Positions 52,373 to 64,000 of a stretch of 64,000 nucleotides of DNA are shown one piece after another. Position numbers and translations under genes: made by a program. Origin of the DNA: Octopus sinensis (taxonomy: Eukaryota); NCBI RefSeq assembly GCF_006345805.1, contig NC_043019.1:7067360-7131359 (forward strand), read 5' to 3'. How positions within the stretch are numbered: the stretch's first letter is position 1; each line of letters begins with the position of its first letter. Under the pieces are notes generated by a model that ran no database searches, was not told the DNA's origin, and saw only the letters and a list, made by a program, of their open reading frames with translations.

Positions 52373-52552
52373 ATACCAGCATATTCTCACATACTCTATA
52401 CAAACGTACTTGTAGGCAGATGAATATCCGTGTACAAAATATTATCCACAGACACTAATTTGTATGCATAAAATTATATGGTTGTATTCATTAAAACAGT
52501 TATATTTTCTACGTGTTGCGCTCTCATGTTCAATAACAATGTGAATGTGAAA

Positions 52553-52589
<37 letters not shown>

Positions 52590-52599
52590 TATATATATA

Positions 52600-52636
<37 letters not shown>

Positions 52637-52853
52637 TGCATATATATGTAAACACAAGCGCACTCACATCACACACACATACACCACACATATAGACACG
52701 CATATAAATGTATATATATATATACATATATATTATACACGATTATGTATATATTTATACATGTATATATGAAAATTACACAAATCTTTTATGTAACCAG
52801 ACATGAGGACTTAGGAGTTTGATAGATTTGTATCTGTGTGCGTATATATGCAT

Positions 52854-52886
<33 letters not shown>

Positions 52887-54448
52887 CTATGGAAATTGCA
52901 ATAATCAAACGTACTATACATACACAAACAGGTACACGTATGCACAATCATAAAAATGACATACATATAGATATATAAACTCACACAGAGTTATTCATAC
53001 ACACACACACACACGCACAAGCAAACACATACAAAGATATATATATATATATATACATAAATACATACGTATACACTTATATATATATGCACATACTCAC
53101 ACACATATTTACATCTACATATATGTATATATGTGTATATACACTTCATATATTTCATACGTAACTTGCACACATATAATTTACAATTAACGCGCGTAAA
53201 TACGAGCTAAATACAATCACCGGCCATTTTGCTTCCCGAAGCTGATTAAAAAAAGATAAATAGCAGTTTTTCTCTCAATTTTACCGTATTCCCAACATTC
53301 CACCAATCCTTGGATATAAATTAAAAATCTTAATGATAATTCTCAATTCATTGGTTTCACTTTCGTTTAATAGCTGTCATTAAAAATTTCATCGGTATAC
53401 TTAAATAGATAAACAAATCGCAAAATTTTCAGTGTGTGTGGTGTGTGAGAGAGAGAGAAAGATTTTTGTTGATATACATACACGTATACACATACATATA
53501 TTGTTATACATATATATATATTATCAATGCATATATATACATATATATATATACATATATATATGTTAATATACTTGATGTATGTTTGAATATATATATA
53601 TAGTGTTTGTGTATTTAAATATAATACATAATATCTCTCAAGAAATGATTGTCTGTTTGTTAATACGCATATAATACATACTTACATATGCATGCACACA
53701 TACACGCACTTATTATATTGCACAATATCTGTAAGCATTTAACATTATATCCATCCTTCTTTAGTATCGGGCGCCATATTGTTGTTTGTTTTCTATAGAT
53801 TGTTGGAGATATGTCAGTGTGAGAACTGTAATGTTTATTTTGGGGTAGACAGAAGCTAGATGGATAGGGAAATAATTGCAGGGTGTTATGAGAAATTTAT
53901 CGAGTTTTATTTCCTTAGGTTTTATGCGTTTATTTTAAGAATTATTAATTTGTTCTAAGAGCATCCCCGTGAAGAAAATCTATGATAACGCAATGACTTG
54001 TCTGAAAATTCCTTATACTAAGGTTGCTCTTTGGAATGTGGTCATTCAAATGTACACTTTTTGAAGGCCGAATGTTTTTCAATATTGTAGATTTAGCGGC
54101 CGTGTCCAACAGGCAGATTGACCTCGTAGAAAAATTATGAATCTTTGGTCTATGAAATTTTGTTGAATATTTGTATTTGTGTATGTTTGTGTGTGTATGC
54201 GTATGTCCGTTCGTATGTTTCGGCGTATGTATGCTTATATATGCGTCGCGAGTGTTGTGTATGTAAATAGACACGAAGGAAATCGATTGAATGTTGGAAA
54301 CCTTCTTTTTCATTACTACTTAAGGATGTACGGTTGGTTTAATAGTGTTATGTCTGAAACTAAATTTATGTACTGAGTACACAGAAAGGAAAAGAAAAAA
54401 AGGAGAAAAGGAAATAGAGAAAAACGAGGTGGATCAGACACAAACTAG

Positions 54449-54805
54449 TCCAACTCCTCCTCATCGTGGTGGGGCCGCTGGCAACGGCTAGTGTCAGAGC
54501 TATGCCGTCGGGAACTTCGGTTCCTGGTAGGGCCACCCAAGGCGGATTGTTCTGACACCGAGTGGTATTAGGGCCACAACCCGGGAGACGGGTCTCTGGT
54601 GAAAACCCTCGGAGTGTCTGTTTCGGTAACCGGCGGCTCCTCGGTCGCTCTGTCCCTGCGTCTGCGGACAATCTGCGGTAAACAGGATGTCTCTACATGC
54701 GGGATTGTTGGGGTCCGCTTGTGAGTTCCACATATTCCCACGAAACTTCTTCCATTGTAGAAGCCGACTCAACCCGCCCAGGGTGAATGTCGCTACAAGT
54801 CAAGT
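54449..54805 (+). mobile_element. Short non-autonomous RTE-derived element (RTE-like 5' UTR plus (CAAGT)n tail) with an 8-bp TSD
   Basis: GC-rich island; GAGCTATGCCG and AGGGCCACCCAAG.CGGA resemble RTE/BovB 5' UTRs (from memory); ends CAAGTCAAGT; CAAACTAG at 54441-54448 and 54806-54813. Confidence 0.7.
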
Positions 54806-56074
54806 CAAACTAGAGACAGAAAAGAAGAGAAGACACCTTTGTTTACACATTCATACATCAAAGGAGAAGTGACCCCGCTGTAAAAATTAAAGAAAATACG
54901 TCACAAGTTTGTAAAGCAGACGATATAAGCATAATTCTGTTGTTTAAGTCTCAGCCGTGTTGTCTGTACCTAAACAAGCTTTCTTACTGCTTCAATTTGG
55001 GTGGCTTCATATATTGCACATGATGTATGTTCTTCGACAGAACTGAATGTGGTTTATAGACTGAAGTCTTTCTGATACTCAGGTTGACATTTTGAAGGAT
55101 ATCTTCTGTTCATTGAATTGTGCTTCGAGAATATTAATCTGGTTTCTCAGGTATTTGTTCAATGTCACTTTGACATATTGCGTTCATATATACAACGTGA
55201 AAACACCCAGGACGTAAAATTAGCGGAACACGTTCAGAAATTTCCAATGACACCTGAAAAAGAAAAAGCAAAATTGAGATCAATCTCACCTGAACTCAGA
55301 GTACGAACCATTGTGTAGTTCAACAGAGCAAGCATTATCAAAGAGAACAGCGGTAACGGCTCAGTTTGAATACTAGGGATTTGCACCATTTTGTCAATTG
55401 CCGCTGCCTTTTACAGGTTACATGGAAGCCTTTGGAAGGAACTCATCACAGACACCCATCAACGTTTAGCGGCAACCGCAGTGGTACGAAATTTCTTCTT
55501 AGATGTCTGGTAATTAAAATAACCCCCTCTTTTTTTTATAAGTCGCATATTTTCGACAATTACTGGAACTTTCCTTTCCTACTGTAACTAGTTCATAGAG
55601 TGGTTGAGTTATTACATATTACCAAATAATTTGGCTGCTGAAGAAAACGTGTTATCTCAAGGTAATTTGATTGCTCATCCTTTTGAAGGAGAAAGGATGA
55701 ACCGGTGTGTGTTAAAAGAAAAAAAGTGGATATAAAAATAAGGAAGCACGAGAAAGTCAGTATTCTGAACATATACAGACGTAGCAGACATAGCAAATGT
55801 TGCATGGTAAAAGAATTACGTGGACAATAGAACAATGATGGTCAATAAATGCACCGGTAGAGTCTACGGGTAAAAATGCTTGGTCAAAATCACAAGCTCC
55901 AGGGTAGTATTGTTGCAAAGAGATCTCCGTAACCATTCACTTCTGCTGGGTATATTACGTACATACACGCATACATATACCTACAATAAAATGTATGTAT
56001 ACGTACGTACATACATACATACATACATACATACATACATACATACAAACATACATATATACATACATACTTTC

Positions 56075-56120
<46 letters not shown>

Positions 56121-56414
56121 GTATATACAGCGAGGTACATATATATAGATACATATATGTATGTAGGTATCTACATATATGATTGTATGTGTATGTGTGT
56201 GTGGGTTTAAATATGTATTCACACGTGTAAGTATGTGTGGGTGTACGTATTCACACGCATATTTATTCATAAACATATATATGAATATATACATATGTAT
56301 ATATATATATATATATATATATTTTATATTATATATATATATATATAATATACATTATACGCACAAAGCTATGTCTATCTTCGTGTGCATGCATATATAT
56401 GTATGCATAACTGC

Positions 56415-56453
<39 letters not shown>

Positions 56454-57034
56454 AAGAGCGAGGTCTATTCATACATATCCATACACATACAAGCACGCAT
56501 CGGTGTCTAGTTTGTGTGGCACTAATCAGCCTCGTTAACAATATTCCATTTCTATTTTCTTGTTCATTCCTAATTCTTGTTTTTTTTCCTATCTGTGGTG
56601 TATGTTACTTCAAAAAGACATTATATGGCAGACGTACCGTAATGACTATGAGACTAACTAAATAACATAGTATTCCTCTCTTGTTTTTGACCGTCTGCTC
56701 TCTTCATTTGGTCTTGTGATGCACTCTGTGCTATGCTTAATGTGTTCTTCATAGCAACTCGCTTTCCCGCACATTTATTTCCTTATCTTTCTCATTAAGT
56801 GTGCAACTGAATATGTTGTCCTACTTCTATAACTCCTACTATTTCTCTCTCTATATTTTTTTCTCATTCCCCCAATGGTTTTATGTATAAATATATACAT
56901 AATATAATATATATATATATATATATAATATTATATATATATATATATATATAATATATATATGGACATTCACAAAGCCACGCACATACACATATATACA
57001 AATATATATATATATTATATATAATATATATATA

Positions 57035-57071
<37 letters not shown>

Positions 57072-57074
<3 letters not shown>

Positions 57075-57459
57075 GCTGTGTGGTAAGTAGCTTGTTACCA
57101 ACCACATGGTTCCGGGTTCAGTCCCACTGCGTGGCACCTTGGGCAAGTGTCTTCTACTATAGGCTCGGGCCGACCAAGCCTTGTGAGTGGATTGGTAGAC
57201 GGAAACTGAAAGAAGCCCGTCCTATATATGTATATATATATGCGTGTGTGTCTTTGTGTGTCTGTGTTTGTCCTCCTAGCATTGCTTGACAACCGATGCT
57301 GGTGTGTTTATCTCCCCGTTACTTAGTGGTTCGGCAAAAGAGACTGATAGAATAAGTACTGGGCTTACAAAAAGAATAAGCCCCGGAGTCGAGTTGCTCG
57401 ATTAAAACGCGGTGCTCCAGCATGGCCGCAGTCAAATGACTGAAACAAGTAAAAGAGTA
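57072..57459 (+). mobile_element. Full-length family B SINE inserted in (TA)n
   Basis: tRNA-like head (GGTTCAGTCCC), CORE-like ACCTTGGGCAAGTGTCTT, internal (TA/TG)n, second module and tail. Confidence 0.9.
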
Positions 57460-58419
57460 TATATATATATATATATTGGAGTTTAACTGCTCTTTCTAGT
57501 GAGTCAGATATTTTATTCTTTGGTATCTCTGTATTCTTCTCTGAATAATATATAGTCTATTGACTAATTTTTTCCTTCTCGCTAGACCACTGGTAACTAA
57601 GAATTTTTTCGATAAATATTCTTGCTACCCTAAGATTTTAATATATAAATATATTTGTGTATGTATGTATATATATATATATATATATATATACAGCAGA
57701 CAAGAAAGTACATTTCGGATGCAGAAAACCTGTGAGGACAGCAGAGAAGATTGTGTATTTAACCTTATAAGACGGAAAAAGTTACCAGATGGAGGTTACG
57801 GGTCTCAGCTGGTAGCCGGAAAATATGAGTTCGTGTCCTGTAGCCGCCTTCTGATAACAATTTTCTGCCTTATAAGGGGCGAAGCTTTTAATGCTTTAGT
57901 ACATCCGAAATGCCAACTACCTCGTAGGGAAATATCTTAGTGTGATCTCTAGCCTCCAAAAGACATATATATATATATATATATACGACGTTCATCCTGA
58001 AATATATTAAGAAGCACATAGGTAAATATGCCAAATACCAAGAAAGCACCAATCACCTTGTAATTTGCTGGGCGTATTTCAAAGCATTCCTCCAATGCTA
58101 AGTCTATAATCATTACAACTATATGATCGAGAGAATGCAAGCTATTAGATTGTCACCGTCATCCTTCTCCTCCTATTCGTCCTCCTCCTCATCCTCCTCG
58201 TCCTCGTCATCGTCGTCATATATCTATATAAGGATAACAATATAGAAATATATTAACTTACTGAGCTGTCACTTGCAAGCGAGTTCGATCTGGTCGAATT
58301 AAATCTGCTTTGGCTAATAAGTTTACGTTCATACTTCATTACAGTGCGACTTAGACATCTGTCCAGGCTTCACAGTAAACTTTTAAGTCGTTTGCAGGAG
58401 ACGTGGTTGCATCAGCATG

Positions 58420-58565
58420 CGGTTAGAATTCATTCCAAGTTGGACACACTGGAGCAGCTTTAAACTGAGTCGCATGCTGAAAGTATACAACGCACCGCCC
58501 ACTCTGGGAAACGAACCTACAATCTTGAGCCCAGGAAGCCAATATTCTAACCTCGAGGTCACGCT
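58420..58565 (-). mobile_element. Highly degraded D/E-type SINE
   Basis: cactggagcagc..tacaacgcaccgccc..gaacctacaatcttg. Confidence 0.4.
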
Positions 58566-58996
58566 TTTTCACTTTTAATAGTATACATATTACATAGGTA
58601 AATACCGGTTTTCTAAGAATGATGGAAGTGAATCGACCTCGTGATCTTAGAATAGCCAGCCCAGCATTGTAACAGCCACGCCACACTGTTCCACTGTCAA
58701 ACACATACATACACACAAATTTCAGTTTTCCATATGAAAGAGAAAGTAGAATTCCTAGACCATTAACTATTTCTTCATACACCATCCTGACTATAATTTC
58801 AATAAAATGTCGACCACTATTAATTTATCATGGCAACTTCCGGTACATTTGACAGCAAGTATTGACGTATTGGTGTATCTGTTTATGAGGCAAATTGTTT
58901 GGACATCGCTTGCATTATGCGTGGCAATAATAGTTTGCAATGCCGCTGAGATTTTTTCGAAACTTGACAACATGTATCGCGAGAGTTTAAATATCA

Positions 58997-59092
<96 letters not shown>

Positions 59093-59115
59093 CTCTCTCT
59101 TTCTATATATATCTA

Positions 59116-59169
<54 letters not shown>

Positions 59170-59779
59170 TTCTGTCTATATATTTATCTATCTCTCTGTC
59201 TGTCTATTAATTTATCTATCTATCTCTTCTGCTCTTTCTTTCTCTTTATCTCTCTCTCTCTCTATATATATATATACAGAGACATATACATACAAATATA
59301 TATATATATGTTTATATATATATGTATATATGTATGTGTATACATGAGTGTGTGTGTACGTATATAGTGGCATACGCTCTTATGTATGTGGATGAGTATA
59401 TGTTAATACACACACGTATATATAAACAGATATATATATTTATGTGTGTGTGTGTGTGTGTGTATGTGTGTATGCATACATACATATATAAGTAAGCAGA
59501 AGAGTAATTCTACCGAACTTCCTTCATATGCTGTACATGCCATATTTTTTTTTACTTATGTAACTCAATATTTACCCACAGGCTCTTTTGACAAACACTC
59601 CTTAATAACCAAACGTAACTTTTGATCGCTTCGATTAGCATTTTCCGTAGCATTGCATATTACTGTTTCATTGTTTGTGCGCCTCTTCGACAAGGGAGAG
59701 AATCTTCTTGACATAGGACTGCTGTGTTTTACATTTTTGTTAGTGAAGTCCATTTCAATTTACTGGGATGAGGTGGATT

Positions 59780-59822
<43 letters not shown>

Positions 59823-60094
59823 GATATATATATATATATATATTAAATTTGTGTTGCTTTTATTATTCAAATATAAAAAGGATAATGTCTGTTTTCAACA
59901 AAAACAAGAAAATCATTTAATATTTGTACACAGCAGCCATTTTGATTTCGTTGAAACCATCACTGCTATTTAAATAAGCATTTATTAATTATTTAAGCGA
60001 TAATATTTCATGATAGAAAACTAAAATGTATTAAGAAATATTTTGTGAAAATGAAAGATAAGAAAAATATAGGAAATCATGATTGTGTAGAGAA

Positions 60095-60128
<34 letters not shown>

Positions 60129-62324
60129 CGAAAGAGGGGTGATAGATTGAAAGAAACAGAGAAGTGTTTCATTTAAAATTCATGATGAGATTAGCTTTTT
60201 CAATCCGTGCATTATACATCCATCCCAACATACATACATACATACATACATACATACATACATACATACATACATACATACATACACACATACATACAAC
60301 ATACATACGTACGTACATATATACATACATACACATAGATACATCCATACATACGTACATGTATATATATTTATGCATTAGGTGACATGACGTATCTTAT
60401 AAATAATATGCCACTTCATGTATCTGAATGCATGAAACTATTGGTAGTTCACTTCATCATGTAAGTATATATTTAACTCTTACCGGATGGAGCCCTTTTT
60501 TGTTGATTCAGCATATATTGGATCTTTAAACTACACACATACAGAGAGAGGAGAGAGAGACACACACACACACACACATTCACAACGCTTTCTACATGCA
60601 CTCACATATACTCACACAAAGTTGAAACGCTGATTTCCCCGCCTCCTTCCTTATTCATCTATCACCCTTTCATTGTCATTCCTATGTTGCGACAGAGGAA
60701 AACGCAAGACTATTATTGTGGTAGAAGATAGCGGACGCGCTCTTTCCCACGTCCTCTCTCATATTGAAATTACTTTCTCTCACACCGTCTCAGTCATGCC
60801 CATTACGCTCACTACTTCTCCTTCACTGAATTACTATTTTCTCTCTCCTCTCCCTTCACTCATACTACTCTTTCTCCTACTCCCCTCTGCGTGGTTTTGG
60901 AAAAAACGTATATATATATATATACAAATACAAAAAACACTACACTCATTATTACATTACGATATATATATATATTGTATGCGTATGTGTCATCCACACA
61001 TACTTGTGTATGTCCATATTTTAAGAAAGAAAATAACTAAAATACATGGCTTAATGTAATCAGACTTATGTGCTGTATAACAGGTATATCAAAGTCATAA
61101 AAAATATGCATAATTCATGAGAATTATCTCGTCTCTTGAAGAAAGATCGTAATTGGCAACTGGCAAAAGAGGCCAACGCCATATTGAAACGGAATTCTGT
61201 TCAAGAATCAGGAGTTCTCAGACTCTGGTACGACGAGAAACCTCGTTTTCTGAGGATACAAAGGCAGCTACGGACGCATATTCCTGTCTCTGTTGGCGTC
61301 ATCAGCTCTACAATCTTTGTACCTTATCTTCTATAGTCACGAGACTTACATATACAGATAGAACGCAGTTATTTATTTATATATTTATGTATTAATTTAT
61401 ATATAATATGAGTGAAAACACACAGACACACACCATAACACAAACACACTCTCCTGTCGAAGACGACGAATAGGTGCTCAACTTTTGCCGAACGACGTGC
61501 TGAAATGACTTGTTTAGAATGATTAAATGCTTGTGCCACACTCTCTCCGTAAAATCGACGTTCTCTGAACAGGTGCGCGTCAGGTGTCGAAATGATCACA
61601 GAGCAGCCTGAAGTGTTTTGTTAAAGAGCGCAATACACTACCCGGGCACTACACGGTTAGGAATTGAAATCATGATAACGTGATAGCGAATGCAGCACTC
61701 TAACCTATAGATCTTGTCCACTGATACATACGAGTATATGTGTGTGTTTGTATGTGTGTGTGTGTTTGTGCGTGTGTGTGTGTGTGTGTGTATTACGTGA
61801 GTGTGTTATGTATGTGGATGAATATATGCATGTAATTAAGTACGTATATCTTTCAGAATGTAATAAACAGTAACAAGCAAAAGACAGATTAGAGAACAAC
61901 AAATATAGTGTAATAGTTTGACACTACATGAACAAAGTGTGGTCTTCGACGATTCGAGCTTATGCACTTCTACAGAAAGGAATGAAGACAGAAAACAGAG
62001 ACGGAGGAGAAAAATAACTAGAGAAAAACTAAACGTGTCTCGGTAAAAGCATACGCAGGTATATATCGGATGCATAAAAAAGATTATAAAGCAAATAAGT
62101 AGGTGTGTAAGAATTATTATTGCCTCCTATAATACGACATATATCCAAACAGTTTCTCTTGTAAACGAGATATATCGATACATCAATGCACATTGTCAAA
62201 TGTAACGGAAGCTGCGTTGATAAATTAAGATTGAAGACGGTGCAGCCTCTCACAGATATTGTAGATATGTTTGTCAGAACTTATAGAAAACTAAAACTAG
62301 ATAGCATACAAAACAATAGATTCC

Positions 62325-62444
62325 AGCATATATATATATATATATAATTATATATATATATATATATATACGTATGTATATATATATATATATATATATG
62401 ATATGTATATATAATATATATATGTATATTATATATATGTATGC

Positions 62445-62515
<71 letters not shown>

Positions 62516-62523
62516 TATATATA

Positions 62524-62573
<50 letters not shown>

Positions 62574-62645
62574 CATGAATACATGCATATATATGTGTAC
62601 ATATACATATATATGTACACACATATATATATATATGCATGCATG
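62325..62645. repeat. Long (AT)n array; further arrays at ~50140-50295, 56890-57070, 63300-63400 and 63640-63830
   Basis: Seen directly in the sequence. Confidence 0.95.
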
Positions 62646-63029
62646 TATATATGTATGAATAGCTGTTATATATAAATGTTTATTGTTCTTTATGTTTGCT
62701 AGTGGGTGTTTGTTGACGGGGTATCACTAGAATTTATGTGTAGGTAAGCTACTACAGTATATATGACCTGAAGTGTAAACATGTGAGTGGTCGTCACACA
62801 TTCCCACTGTGAAGCTCATAGCGGGAAAATATTTTTGGTCATATTCGTCTACTTACATCGTCTGTCTGTGAATGTAGGTAAGCCGGTGTTTGTGTGCGCA
62901 AGTGTGAGTTTGTCCCTGTATACATACATATACATATATATACATATATATGCGTGTGTGTATTATTATACATAGGAAGAGGAAACTAGACATATATGCA
63001 TTCTTTTTAGAATTAAGAAATTGCTGAAG

Positions 63030-63060
<31 letters not shown>

Positions 63061-63173
63061 TAGCTAGATAGATAGATAGATAGATATATAGATATAGATA
63101 TATACACACATATATATGTATATATATATACATAAATATATATACATATATATACATATATACATATGTATAT

Positions 63174-63302
63174 CTGGCAACGGGAAACTCAGAGTAACAG
63201 GTTTTATTGAATTTTCTGCTGCTTTAAATAAAGCATATTACTCTACCACTGGTATTTGAGTACTCTTTTTTCCACTTGTTCACATTTATGTATTTACTCC
63301 GG
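63174..63302 (+). mobile_element. Repeat fragment, possibly a Penelope-like terminal repeat carrying half of a minimal hammerhead
   Basis: GAAACTCAGAGTA at 63184-63196; second fragment at 19757-19850. Confidence 0.4.
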
Positions 63303-63330
63303 TATATATATATATATGTATATATATATA

Positions 63331-63404
<74 letters not shown>

Positions 63405-63728
63405 TAGATATGTTTGTGCATGTGTATATGATGTACGCACACAGACCCAGACAATCACGAAACACGGACATATAAGGAATTGGTAAGTAGTTGAACGGAC
63501 GCGAATACTTCGTACTTATTACTGTCTTATACTGCAACACATTCGACCATCTCATACATTGAGGGACATGCTAAACTCAACTAAACGAATTACTAAGTAT
63601 TGATACATATACACATATCTACACACTCACACATACACACACACACTCATATATATATATTATATATACATATATATATATATAGTACCCGTACCCAGGC
63701 ACATATATATATGTATATATGTAAATAT

Positions 63729-63814
<86 letters not shown>

Positions 63815-64000
63815 TAAGTTATATATATGAATATATGCATCTGCGTAACTTAATGTGTTTTACTATACACATATGAAGATGTCGGTGCGTCCGTATCTTA
63901 GTGCGTAATATATAACCAATATGCAATATCAGACCCATGTTCCGCATTGTGAATATTGTCAAGCGTTTCCTTTTGTCTGAATTGTGACATGTTGATATCA

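Noticed and set aside
54449-54620. HDV-like ribozyme in the RTE-type 5' UTR
   Set aside because: Could not build the nested P1/P2/P3/P1.1 pseudoknot by hand; left as a computational test
54900-55240. Possible second Tc1/mariner remnant on the minus strand
   Set aside because: Only vague similarity (LSIRKTS..MKPPKL); insufficient to call
61120-61340. Complex open frame ELSRLLKKDRNWQLAKEANAILKRNS..
   Set aside because: No clear splice sites or recognisable domain
63480-63600. Minus-strand ATGAGATGGTCGAA resembling a decayed minimal hammerhead
   Set aside because: Both core boxes are mutated and stems cannot be built

Overview
AT-rich eukaryotic genomic window dominated by microsatellites and retroposons. 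The repeat landscape resembles an octopus (coleoid cephalopod) genome; this is recalled from memory, not from a database search. One credible protein-coding gene is present: an intronless, type II membrane GT11 alpha-1,2-fucosyltransferase (36317-37495, minus strand). The first ~13 kb holds about nine co-oriented, 5'-truncated fragments of R4/Dong-like (restriction-like endonuclease) non-LTR retrotransposons set in (AAT)n and other trinucleotide tracts. The rest contains many tRNA-derived SINEs from several module-sharing families, DNA-transposon relics, a 100-N scaffold gap and a 1.33-kb tandem duplication. The most notable signal is 50296-51084, a terminally redundant element sitting in (AT)n. 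It carries two complete type I hammerhead ribozyme folds whose predicted cleavage sites are 489 nt apart, with a hairpin-rich spacer. This is the architecture of a retrozyme or Penelope-associated self-cleaving RNA that may circularise. Almost all other listed ORFs are microsatellite translations.
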